Source: Pseudomonas phage PhiPA3. Taken from it: 64,000 bases of DNA. The position numbers were made by a program, and so were the translations under genes. This document shows positions 53,643 through 61,550 of this stretch, piece after piece (positions within the stretch are counted from its first letter, which is position 1; every line of letters starts with the position of its first letter). A model generated the notes under the pieces. The model ran no database searches and had not been told where the DNA came from. It saw only the letters and a list, made by a program, of their open reading frames with translations. The stretch is from the sequence record HQ630627.1; one strand, written 5' to 3'.

Positions 53643-53977
53643 TAATACACCTCAAACGTCGGCATGTACGGAGTAGCGAACTCTACTTTAAGATCAGTTA
53701 CGGGTTCAGCATGGGCGTCCATTGGGTCTTCTAATCTAACCTTAATAAGACGTGCAGGCAAGCTGCCTCCGAGGTAATTAATAACGACGTAAATGATGTT
53801 GTCTTTACCCGCACAGATGGTATCTTGGCCGGACTGGTGAGGGTGGTCTATATTGCGAAGAACGGCACTCCAACGTCTGTTCAACGGCATCCATTGATAT
53901 ACTGGGAATCTAGGATTACTCGATATCGGGAATAAAGTCGACGGAACATAGAACAGTGTATCACGCCAGATATGCAT
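53642..53977 (-). CDS. hypothetical protein
   Basis: 111-aa ORF. Confidence 0.55.
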   Translation of the reverse strand: MHIWRDTLFYVPSTLFPISSNPRFPVYQWMPLNRRWSAVLRNIDHPHQSGQDTICAGKDNIIYVVINYLGGSLPARLIKVRLEDPMDAHAEPVTDLKVEFATPYMPTFEVY

Positions 53978-53984
53978 TCAACCT

Positions 53985-54015
53985 TTTGACGGAATAAAAG
54001 AGTAGCCGAAGCTAC
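53985..54015 (-). terminator. terminator after the tRNA-Asn/Tyr unit (minus strand reads GAGAGUAGC-UUCG-GCUACUCUUUUAUU)
   Basis: 8-bp stem, UUCG loop on the minus strand, T-run. Confidence 0.6.
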
Positions 54016-54026
54016 TCTCGTTATAT

Positions 54027-54112
54027 GGTGGTTGAAGGAAGGAATTGAACCTCTAGCCTAGGCGGGGGTGTTACAGACCCCTGACAGTAGCCATCTGTCT
54101 ATACATCAACCG
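54027..54112 (-). tRNA. tRNA-Tyr-like (anticodon GUA), type II length (86 nt), non-canonical D-arm
   Basis: minus strand: acceptor GGUUGAU/UUCAACC-A-CCA, anticodon arm GGGGU-CUGUAAC-ACCCC, T-arm AGAGG-UUCAAUU-CCUUC closely resembling E. coli tRNA-Tyr; the D-arm region (GACAG...CUGUC) does not fit standard spacing. Confidence 0.5.
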
Positions 54113-54267
54113 AAGGTGTGGAGACTCCATTTGACCGCTCTGGAACCTCTCCGAATTTGGGCGGCATTTTTATTATACTGAGCTCCCCGCAGTCTCTCAG
54201 TCCCAGGCGGCCAGCTTTGGGCTGCTGACCTTACGCTCGGTGTGACTGTTGTTAACAGTCAGTGTTT

Positions 54268-54343
54268 GGCTCCGGAAACATGATTCGAACATGTGACCCA
54301 CAAGTTAACAGCTTGTTGCTCTACCAGCTGAGCTATTCCGGAA
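54268..54343 (-). tRNA. tRNA-Asn (anticodon GUU), CCA encoded
   Basis: minus strand: UCCGGAA-UA-GCUCAGCUGGUAGAGCA-ACAAG-CUGUUAA-CUUGU-GGGUC-ACAUG-UUCGAAU-CAUGU-UUCCGGA-G-CCA. Confidence 0.85.
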
Positions 54344-54475
54344 GGAAATTTGACGGTTTGCTTTTTCAGAGTGGGGGAACACCGACAACCCTCTCACCAA
54401 TGCAAGCGTTTGCTCACCTGGCTTTGCGAGGACAGAATCGTTAGCCCAGTGGGCGATTGCATTTCCTCGTATACT

Positions 54476-54492
54476 ATTACATACTGAGTAAG
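54476..54492 (-). promoter_or_regulatory. minus-strand motif TTACTCAG-TATGTAAT immediately after the stop of 54493..54732 (~133 nt upstream of tRNA-Asn)
   Basis: short-spacer member of the WTACTCA/TATGTRR family. Confidence 0.45.
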
Positions 54493-54732
54493 TTATTTAT
54501 TTTCATCGCAACGCCAACCGTACACTGTGTAGTTCCCATTATCAGAAACTTTCATGGCGGTAGCTGTGCGTTGAATCTCTACGTTCGGTAGATTCTTGAA
54601 CTTACTGTATTGTATTTCTAGGTGGTTGAGGCATTGGGGCATGGAGTCAAACTGAATGTAGGACTTCTCTACATTAGTAATACCAAACAACCCTACCTTA
54701 GCAACCAGTGCTAACATGGCTACCTTGACCAT
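54493..54732 (-). CDS. hypothetical small protein
   Basis: 79-aa ORF. Confidence 0.5.
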   Translation of the reverse strand: MVKVAMLALVAKVGLFGITNVEKSYIQFDSMPQCLNHLEIQYSKFKNLPNVEIQRTATAMKVSDNGNYTVYGWRCDENK

Positions 54733-54739
54733 TGCTATC

Positions 54740-55033
54740 TTATTCCGTGTGCTTCAGATATTTCTCCAAAGCTTCGTGGGCTCGGTTGAAATACACCAGC
54801 GGAACGAACGAAACATTGGTGACTCGATGTTCGTCATGCAGTTCCCACTTGATAGCCTTTACTTGGCCATTGGGGAGAATGATATCAAGACCATTAGGGA
54901 ACAATACAATCCCTTCGTCAATCCTGATATGCTCGGGAGCAGCAGCTCCACCACGAAAAGCCGGGTTGAAAGTCAGGTTGTATAGTTTTTGAATAAGCGG
55001 CGTAATAATCGCCTGTTGCATTTGACTTTCCAT
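54740..55033 (-). CDS. hypothetical protein
   Basis: 97-aa ORF. Confidence 0.5.
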   Translation of the reverse strand: MESQMQQAIITPLIQKLYNLTFNPAFRGGAAAPEHIRIDEGIVLFPNGLDIILPNGQVKAIKWELHDEHRVTNVSFVPLVYFNRAHEALEKYLKHTE

Positions 55034-55380
55034 TATCTTCCCCTATTGTTGTTGTATGGGGTAACGGTTGCAACTATCGACATGCCCTTAAAGAAAGGAT
55101 GATAATCAAACGCAAGAATACCGGTTTCCTGTACCAGCCAGAAGGTAAGCCTGAGTGTATCTCCATTGTCCCCACGAATGGATATCTTACCTTCTGTACG
55201 GCTACGCTTGTCTACGTAACCGACTTGCACTTTGGCAGCGGGATAGATTTGACCGCGACTGTTCATCAACCGAACGTTAGAAATCCCAAACGAGTCGGTG
55301 ATCTCCGGCTGAACATTCAAGTCCTTGTAAATCGGATAATGGTTTTGTGCAATCGGAATCGTTACGTCTTGGTCAATCAT
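55033..55380 (-). CDS. hypothetical protein
   Basis: 115-aa ORF, ATGA overlap with the downstream gene. Confidence 0.55.
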   Translation of the reverse strand: MIDQDVTIPIAQNHYPIYKDLNVQPEITDSFGISNVRLMNSRGQIYPAAKVQVGYVDKRSRTEGKISIRGDNGDTLRLTFWLVQETGILAFDYHPFFKGMSIVATVTPYNNNRGR

Positions 55381-55502
55381 GCCATGCTTCCTTTAATAAT
55401 GGCTACGGTACCGGACCGAAACCGGTGACTGCTCGCAGTACCCCGCAGCGGATACCCAGTGTTGAATCCAAGGAGTATGCAGAGACTGTCGAGATCTCCA
55501 CA

Positions 55503-55528
55503 TACCAATTCCCTTTGAGTAACTTTTA
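55503..55528 (-). promoter_or_regulatory. minus-strand bipartite motif TTACTCA-N11-TATGTGGAG directly after the stop of 55526..56032
   Basis: long-spacer family member, ~120 nt upstream of ATG 55380. Confidence 0.4.
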
Positions 55529-56032
55529 GCTAAAGCGGATTACGAGGATGTCATTTCCAAAGGTGTCTGCTACCCATTGGTTGAATTCCTTATCAGTAAT
55601 CCCTCGAAGATTTAAATTGTAGGAAGCATTGTCTACAAGTAGATACTTTAGCCGTTTGGAGATATCTGAATTGAAGTCTTTTTGGATCGAGTATTGCTCG
55701 GGGTGACGAATGTACTTACGTAGCCTTTCAGTGATTAGATACGGTAATGTCAAGCCTGGACTCTTAGACTGAATACCCCGTTGAATTTTATCGTCCGTGA
55801 ATACAGCCAGGCATTCCCCTTGATGTCGAGTAGCGAATTCAACGAGTGCACTACTGCTACCACATTGACGACCTACAAAGAACCCTACGGTACGACATTC
55901 GCGAATCAACACGTGTGACGAGATATTACCTCGATGGTATTCCCAACCTTCATTGGTTTTTTGGATCAATGCATCCAGGATGTCCTGGTAATTTACAATA
56001 GTTCTTACGAACCGATTATAGCCATTGGCCAT
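55526..56032 (-). CDS. hypothetical protein
   Basis: 168-aa ORF. Confidence 0.6.
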   Translation of the reverse strand: MANGYNRFVRTIVNYQDILDALIQKTNEGWEYHRGNISSHVLIRECRTVGFFVGRQCGSSSALVEFATRHQGECLAVFTDDKIQRGIQSKSPGLTLPYLITERLRKYIRHPEQYSIQKDFNSDISKRLKYLLVDNASYNLNLRGITDKEFNQWVADTFGNDILVIRFS

Positions 56033-56304
56033 GATTATCTCCGGTATTACAATGCAACATAAAGTCCCGCCCTAGGGCAGGACCTGATGCCGACTTTGGA
56101 AAGGTCTCGTCGTCCCTTCCTCATCTACATGCGAACTTTGTTAGTGGATACAAATAACGAGATTCGCGCGTCTTTAGTCGCCCCAACGACTTCCCACAGT
56201 ACCATTAACTTTCCACTAATCGTCTCTGGTTTTCCGGGTGCTATAAGCATATCAAGTCAATGCAGTCTGCGGGGCTCGGGTGAGAGTGGCACCGCCTCGA
56301 TATG

Positions 56305-56347
56305 GTAGCAATTAGCTACATATCATCGCAACGCCAGTATATTTTCA
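56305..56347 (-). promoter_or_regulatory. degenerate minus-strand motif AATATACTGGC-N10-TATGTAGC after the stop of 56348..56704
   Basis: shares the AATATACTGGC 11-mer with the copy at 57545-57575. Confidence 0.3.
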
Positions 56348-56704
56348 CTACCAGCGACTGGCACTGAATGGACGAGGATATTCAAGGCCAGCAATATCTT
56401 TACCGTTAACCACGACTACCCATTGATTCATGGTGGCGGTCTCACGGTAAACGATTGTTGGTTTAATCTCTTCACGAGTATACGTGGTTGCATACCATTC
56501 ACGCCAAACATCAATCAGACGGGCTTCCATGATTTCACGTAGTTGAGCCATGTTCCAGGTGCTATTTCCCGCTAGATCAGCCACTACCTCGCGAAGTCCA
56601 TCTAGGTATTTCTCATTTACATGGGGTTCGCCCCGGTTAGCCAATAGCTTCTCGTTGTTTGCATCCCGATCTGCTTGACTTATGAATATACGATTCGTAG
56701 TCAT
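56348..56704 (-). CDS. hypothetical protein
   Basis: 118-aa ORF; ATGA overlap with the upstream gene. Confidence 0.55.
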   Translation of the reverse strand: MTTNRIFISQADRDANNEKLLANRGEPHVNEKYLDGLREVVADLAGNSTWNMAQLREIMEARLIDVWREWYATTYTREEIKPTIVYRETATMNQWVVVVNGKDIAGLEYPRPFSASRW

Positions 56705-57171
56705 TTTCTCAGTCCCTCAATCTCAGCACGTAAAAATGAACTAATCATACCTGCTGCTTTTCGAGTGGGCGAATCAAACATTTTGTCATTCCCGGCTACT
56801 GAGTCAGTAACTTTCTGAGCTAGTATCAGTCCAGGGATATAAGCACGATTACCATGAGTTGCGATGCGTGGTTGATCACGATAATACTCAACGTGATGAT
56901 AGCCACTAGGATGCACTACGATAACTTTGATGCTATCTCGTTCCCTAGTAATTTCGATCTTGAAATCGGACAATCCATCTTCAATCAAAGCAATCGTCAG
57001 CTTGCATTCCAGGACCTGGAAGAGTAGCTTGTCTGTGAGATGCGGTTGATTCTGAATCGTAATGGGCGCATTGAAATACAGCAAATCCCTGATACGGGCA
57101 CCGAATACTTTCTGTTCAGTGGTATCCAGATCTCTTTGCAGTTGTTCTTCGTTGTTTTGGCTCATTACCAT
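56701..57171 (-). CDS. hypothetical protein
   Basis: 156-aa ORF. Confidence 0.6.
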   Translation of the reverse strand: MVMSQNNEEQLQRDLDTTEQKVFGARIRDLLYFNAPITIQNQPHLTDKLLFQVLECKLTIALIEDGLSDFKIEITRERDSIKVIVVHPSGYHHVEYYRDQPRIATHGNRAYIPGLILAQKVTDSVAGNDKMFDSPTRKAAGMISSFLRAEIEGLRK

Positions 57172-57300
57172 TGTCCTTTGTCTCTATGAATTTTGTCGTA
57201 TTTGATATAATAGTCTCTACCGCAGTGGGCACACCACTTGTAAAGACGGCCGCCTTGACATTGATTTCCAACTAGCTTGTGGCCCAATAGCCAGCACAGT

Positions 57301-57528
57301 TTACACCGTATTGAGTAGAGCTTCGACACGTTGCGTCCCCTGGCAAACCAGAACTGGTACTTCGATACCTTTCTCCTCGCAGTATTTTACGAGATCTTCA
57401 TGTGCCTTTCGCCACTGCTCCAGCAGCTGCCGATTCCGAATGCGATTAGCTTCCTTTTCTTCGGGAGTCAGTTCTGTTATATTACGAACACTGAGCTTGG
57501 GGATGGGATGGTATTCAGCAGATTTCAT
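57301..57528 (-). CDS. hypothetical small protein
   Basis: 75-aa ORF with RBS ggagatccaatATG on the minus strand. Confidence 0.55.
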   Translation of the reverse strand: MKSAEYHPIPKLSVRNITELTPEEKEANRIRNRQLLEQWRKAHEDLVKYCEEKGIEVPVLVCQGTQRVEALLNTV

Positions 57529-57544
57529 ATTGGATCTCCGTTTT

Positions 57545-57575
57545 CTCTATAATGGAAAGGAAGCCAGTATATTCT
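57545..57575 (-). promoter_or_regulatory. minus-strand motif AATATACTGGC-N11-TATAGAG ~20 nt upstream of ATG 57528
   Basis: family member positioned like a promoter for 57301..57528; divergent from + promoter element 57590-57598. Confidence 0.4.
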
Positions 57576-57589
57576 AAATATCTAGAGGC

Positions 57590-57598
57590 CTATATTAC
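57590..57598 (+). promoter_or_regulatory. promoter-like element, core CTATATTAC (class B: tctagaggcCTATATTACaattgTGAT)
   Basis: 52 nt upstream of ATG 57650. Confidence 0.5.
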
Positions 57599-57649
57599 AA
57601 TTGTGATATCCAGAAGAGATATCATTCAATAACCTAAGAGGAAACTACA

Positions 57650-57844
57650 ATGAACGACAACATCATCGATTTCGAAGCTTACCGTAACAAGAACAACGGT
57701 AAGCGCAAGATGAAGAAGATCAAGAACGGCGTGTTCAAAGCCATCGACGAAACGCTGGATGATCGGGTCATAGAAAAAGTCCGTGACGTTACTATCTGCG
57801 CGGCTGTGGTTGGTATCGTCTGGTATTGCCTCACCCGTGATTGA
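57650..57844 (+). CDS. small protein with C-terminal TM segment
   Basis: 64 aa; RBS gaggaaactacaATG; followed by a terminator. Confidence 0.55.
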   Translation: MNDNIIDFEAYRNKNNGKRKMKKIKNGVFKAIDETLDDRVIEKVRDVTICAAVVGIVWYCLTRD

Positions 57845-57847
57845 TTA

Positions 57848-57895
57848 TTAGGGAGCCCTTCGGGGCTCCCTTCTATATCTTTTTTCTTTTTGTCT
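57848..57895 (+). terminator. rho-independent terminator (GGGAGCCC-UUCG-GGGCUCCC plus U-rich)
   Basis: stem-loop then ttctatatcttttttctttttg. Confidence 0.75.
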
Positions 57896-57908
57896 GATAC
57901 GACATAAA

Positions 57909-57932
57909 GGAAGTAGCCACCGCTACTTCCTT
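57909..57932 (-). terminator. terminator after tRNA-Leu (GGAAGUAGC-loop-GCUACUUCC, A/T flanks both sides)
   Basis: 9-bp perfect stem immediately downstream of the tRNA 3' end. Confidence 0.55.
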
Positions 57933-57940
57933 TATTTAAT

Positions 57941-58025
57941 TGGTACCCGAAGTGGGACTCGAACCCACACGTCACAAGGACAACTGATTTTAAGTCAGCA
58001 GCGGCTGCCTTTACGCCATTCGGGC
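57941..58025 (-). tRNA. tRNA-Leu (anticodon UAA), type II, CCA encoded
   Basis: minus strand: GCCCGAAUGGCGUAAAGGCAGCCGCUGCUGACUUAAAAUCAGUUGUCCUUGUGACGUGUGGGUUCGAGUCCCACUUCGGGUACCA, closely resembling E. coli tRNA-Leu(UAA). Confidence 0.85.
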
Positions 58026-58162
58026 ATATAGAGAACAGACGACAAGGCCATGTTGTAGCTTTCGCTAGTTATACGTATCTCATTCCCTAGGGAAGTGCCT
58101 AACGGCTTCTTTCGTACAACATTCATGGCTTTACAGACGTTGCTCAGCCCTCGTGAGCTGTT

Positions 58163-58190
58163 CTCTACATATTAGATAACACTTGAGTAT
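58163..58190 (-). promoter_or_regulatory. minus-strand bipartite motif ATACTCA-N12-TATGTAGAG directly after the stop of 58190..58660, ~138 nt upstream of tRNA-Leu
   Basis: long-spacer family member. Confidence 0.45.
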
Positions 58191-58660
58191 TATCTTGGTC
58201 GCGGTCGATTCCCTGGACTCTGGCGATGAATCACCCGAGCAGGCATGTTAGGTACTTCGACAGCAGGCTTAAATAAGATCTTTGCAATCATGCGATCGAT
58301 TGCATCTTTCTGATCTTGAATAAACTCAAAGTGTTCTTCTGGTGGATCAGAGAACTTAGTGCGTGACTTACTTTGCCACTCTTCGTCTTTGGGATGGATA
58401 TATCCACCAATGACTCCGAATCGCAAGAAGTTGTCTGCTATGCCCAGACCTGGTTGACTTTCAAAACAGACCACTCGATCTGCACCACGTGAATGGCCGA
58501 TATAGAAGTCTGCTTGTGGTGGGCAAGTATCAGGCTTGCCCTTATCCATGATTACTTCTACACCTCGTTGGGTGAGGTAATCAACAATCGCAGCGTAGTA
58601 AGCCCGAGCTACATCGTTATTGATGAACAGGGGATTACCGGTGATTAGAACGGCCTTCAT
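58190..58660 (-). CDS. hypothetical protein (GHSRG nucleophile-elbow-like motif; possible small alpha/beta-hydrolase-like fold)
   Basis: 156-aa ORF; N-terminus MKAVLITGNP and IGHSRGA. Confidence 0.55.
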   Translation of the reverse strand: MKAVLITGNPLFINNDVARAYYAAIVDYLTQRGVEVIMDKGKPDTCPPQADFYIGHSRGADRVVCFESQPGLGIADNFLRFGVIGGYIHPKDEEWQSKSRTKFSDPPEEHFEFIQDQKDAIDRMIAKILFKPAVEVPNMPARVIHRQSPGNRPRPR

Positions 58661-58690
58661 GGCGAAGCCTCCGAGTGAATCTCATAAGAT

Positions 58691-58912
58691 TCAGGCTTCG
58701 ATAGGCTCAACTACACGACGATGTTGTACAGTACCCCTGTCTGTAACTACCGTGATGGTGTTCTGGTTGTCAATAGCTACTACCTTCACCCCTTTAATAG
58801 TGGTGTGAATAGCTGCTGCCATCTCCGCTTTGGAGTAACGCCAATTGGCCATCAGGATTGCCGATACCTGGGTTTGAAGTTGTTTCAGTTCATTGATGTT
58901 TACAGACTGCAT
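58691..58912 (-). CDS. hypothetical small protein
   Basis: 73-aa ORF. Confidence 0.5.
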   Translation of the reverse strand: MQSVNINELKQLQTQVSAILMANWRYSKAEMAAAIHTTIKGVKVVAIDNQNTITVVTDRGTVQHRRVVEPIEA

Positions 58913-58967
58913 GGTTGTTTCCTTTTAGAGGGGATTTCATGAGATTAAACGTATCAGTAAAATACAA

Positions 58968-59000
58968 CATAAAGCCCCTCCCGAAGGAGGGGCTGTTATG
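58968..59000 (-). terminator. hairpin on the minus strand (CAGCCCCUCC-UUCG-GGAGGGGCUUUAUG) between the 59125 motif and gene 58912
   Basis: 9-bp stem, UUCG loop on the minus strand. Confidence 0.5.
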
Positions 59001-59124
59001 CCAACCATCAACACAACAAGGAGAATCCCTCGACAGTGAGTCTTGCTCACTAGAAGCCACTTGGAAGGGTTAGTGGCTCCGGCGCGCCGAGTGTAGGAGA
59101 ACGAGGAGTAGGCATTCTTCTACA

Positions 59125-59148
59125 TAACATTACATATTGAGTAACTTA
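59125..59148 (-). promoter_or_regulatory. minus-strand motif GTTACTCAA-TATGTAATG immediately after the stop of 59146..59847
   Basis: short-spacer family member; plus strand here reads ACATTACATATTGAGTAAC. Confidence 0.45.
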
Positions 59149-59847
59149 ATTATTAATCAGTTTCTCGATACGTTCTGCAATATCGGTCTCTCCAATATTA
59201 CTGGAGAAGTCTTCCAGCCCAACATTCACACCATCGATCATGCGGACTCCAATGCGGAGAGCTTGTTTAGCATCATCCTTAAGTCCATCCTGACCGGCTT
59301 GCTTTAATGATGTCTGATATCGTTTTAGAGTTTGAACGTCTGTACTCTCAAAACTCAGATGTATATAAAGAGTTATGGGTTTATCGACGTATGATTCCAT
59401 TCCTGGACGGACCATGACCTGACCTTTGACCAACTTGGCAGCGTAATCACCTTTAATCGTTTTGTTGATGTAGCTGTTCAACCCACGTCCTATTTGTGCC
59501 AGTTCAATCATGTTGGCCAGGTAGATTGGAGGCAATGATTTGATCGAGTACAGATAAAATGAGTTATCACCAAATGCAACAAGAATCCATTGACCCTGTA
59601 CGAATTTATAACTCTGGACATTGGATTTTCCTGATAGATTCATGTAAGGAATCATTCCACCTAAGCTATTCAGAATCGCTGAGGCATTCTGAATCACAGG
59701 CGTAGGACTGGGTTGCTCATCTGGGTCCACGTCAGCACCAGATCCATCGGCAACCTGATCAAAGAAATCCTCGATGTAATCCATCAAGTTGAATTCTTCT
59801 TCAATAGAGATATTGGTTTTCATGAGCTCTACCAAAATGTTTGACAT
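59146..59847 (-). CDS. hypothetical acidic protein
   Basis: 233-aa ORF. Confidence 0.65.
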   Translation of the reverse strand: MSNILVELMKTNISIEEEFNLMDYIEDFFDQVADGSGADVDPDEQPSPTPVIQNASAILNSLGGMIPYMNLSGKSNVQSYKFVQGQWILVAFGDNSFYLYSIKSLPPIYLANMIELAQIGRGLNSYINKTIKGDYAAKLVKGQVMVRPGMESYVDKPITLYIHLSFESTDVQTLKRYQTSLKQAGQDGLKDDAKQALRIGVRMIDGVNVGLEDFSSNIGETDIAERIEKLINN

Positions 59848-59863
59848 AGAATTAACGGCATAC

Positions 59864-59887
59864 AGCCCTCCCTTCGGGGAGGGCTGT
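59864..59887. terminator. hairpin (CAGCCCUCCC-UUCG-GGGAGGGCUG) between two minus-strand genes
   Basis: 10-bp stem; GGCATA / TATAC flanks. Confidence 0.5.
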
Positions 59888-59894
59888 ATACTTA

Positions 59895-60317
59895 CTACTT
59901 CAGGATCTTGGTCTGACCCGAACTCATCTTAAGGATCGTAACCTCAGCTCCTACACGTGGTTCGCTATTGCTAATGGCTTCTACGAGTTGCTTGGAGCCA
60001 TCAACATCAACAACCATGTTGCAGGTATAGGTCTTCACGGACGAGACATCATTTCCAATGGCGCTTCCGATAGCTGCGCCTGCCAGTCCGCCGATCCATC
60101 CCCCAGATTTGCCGAACAGTGCTTTTTCAACAACTGCACCACCGACACCCCCAGCCGTCCCCCCGACGGCAGTCCCTACTACAGAAGTATCTTTCGCTAC
60201 CAGAGTACAATCACTCCTGCGAACGACACCTGTGGATTCTGATACGATCTCATCTGCATGGACCGTAGTACTGCCCAACATCAGAATCAGGGCAATCGCT
60301 TTAAAGTTCGAATTCAT
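59895..60317 (-). CDS. secreted glycine-zipper protein (signal peptide plus GxxxG-rich segment, SlyB/Rick_17kDa-like)
   Basis: track 59895..60473; likely start MNSNFKAIALILMLGSTTVHA-DE at 60317 (RBS aagggcgaactggATG), which overlaps the last ~17 nt of nrdB; the Gly-zipper GGTAGGVGGAVVEKALFGKSGGWIGGLAGAAIGSAIG. Confidence 0.5.
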   Translation of the reverse strand: MNSNFKAIALILMLGSTTVHADEIVSESTGVVRRSDCTLVAKDTSVVGTAVGGTAGGVGGAVVEKALFGKSGGWIGGLAGAAIGSAIGNDVSSVKTYTCNMVVDVDGSKQLVEAISNSEPRVGAEVTILKMSSGQTKILK

Positions 60318-61446
60318 CCAGTTCGCCCTTATCATCCATGAGGTTGACCATATAATCGCCCTTCTTCTCTTCCTGAGCGCTACCTTGGTTAGCACCCATG
60401 TCCAGCCATTCAGCCATGTAGGGGAGCGGGTTCTTGGATGGCCATGCGAAACCATAACCTGCCAGGTCTTCAAACTCTTTACTGTAACGAACAGCTACGT
60501 CTTCTTGGATATTCAGGAAGGTGGCAGCAGCGTTACCGTTGAACAGAACCCAGTTGATGAGTTTCTGTGCATTCATGCCGGTCAGTTCACGACCTTCAGA
60601 GAACAGGTATTGAACCCAGGTAACTTCCGTACGGATGATTTCCCACAGTAGTTCCACGATCTGGTCATGGCACTGGCTGTAGGCAGTCATGCCACGTTCG
60701 GTTTTCAGCAGAGCCTTGATGACTTCTTGGCCGAACTGTGCATGAATCTCGAATTCGTCTTGAGCAATCTTCTTCACGGCATTCGCAATGGGCTGGAATT
60801 GACCAGTCTTACCAATAGCGAAAGTCACAGCGAACGACGCCAGGAACTGAATACGCTCCAGGAAGTACAGTGCAATGAAGAACATGAAGATCTTGTTGTA
60901 GAGTTCTTGGTTGTTCTCTACTTGACCCAGGGAGTAACGGTGCGACCAGTCGTGGGCTTCACCCATGACCTTAGCAACTGCCACCATGCGCTCTTGTGCT
61001 TCTTCTACGCGAAGGATCTCATCGAGGATCGCTGACGGGTTGCTGAAGCTGTTACGCACGATCTCCGAGTACGTCAGAGCGTGTACGTTTTCATTGTCAT
61101 TGATACGAACGTAACCCGACCAAACACGAGAATCGGACATGACCGGAGCCAAGATGTTCACAATCGAACGGCTGGCCACAGAGTCAGCTTCCCACTGCCA
61201 GGCTAGCGTCTTGATCATCATGTCGTAAGTGGACCGATCACAGGTCTCGAACTCCACCAGGCAGTCGCCATAGGGGAATTCGTTCTCATCCCAGTCCAGC
61301 ATCTTCAGACGCTTGTACAGGCCCCACAGCACCGGGTAATGATTGTGGATAGTATCCAGCAGCCCCGGTTCTTGACCCAGAATGATTTCCGGGACGGCGT
61401 AGTCGTCTTTCTTGGTGTTAAAAATCTTGCGATGAAGCTCGGCCAT
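60301..61446 (-). CDS. nrdB: ribonucleotide reductase class Ia beta subunit
   Basis: 381 aa; di-iron/tyrosyl-radical motifs (e.g. FFIALYFLERIQFLASFAVTFAIGK vs E. coli ALEAIRFYVSFACSFAFAE); C-terminal acidic tail ...DDKGELDEFEL. Confidence 0.9.
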   Translation of the reverse strand: MAELHRKIFNTKKDDYAVPEIILGQEPGLLDTIHNHYPVLWGLYKRLKMLDWDENEFPYGDCLVEFETCDRSTYDMMIKTLAWQWEADSVASRSIVNILAPVMSDSRVWSGYVRINDNENVHALTYSEIVRNSFSNPSAILDEILRVEEAQERMVAVAKVMGEAHDWSHRYSLGQVENNQELYNKIFMFFIALYFLERIQFLASFAVTFAIGKTGQFQPIANAVKKIAQDEFEIHAQFGQEVIKALLKTERGMTAYSQCHDQIVELLWEIIRTEVTWVQYLFSEGRELTGMNAQKLINWVLFNGNAAATFLNIQEDVAVRYSKEFEDLAGYGFAWPSKNPLPYMAEWLDMGANQGSAQEEKKGDYMVNLMDDKGELDEFEL

Positions 61447-61550
61447 TTTGAAACGTCCTAATTGGTCTTAATATTTCTCACACTAGATAACCATCTAGAG
61501 TAATTTATCTTGGGCATAAAGCCCCAGCTTTCAAACTGGGGCAGTATGTC

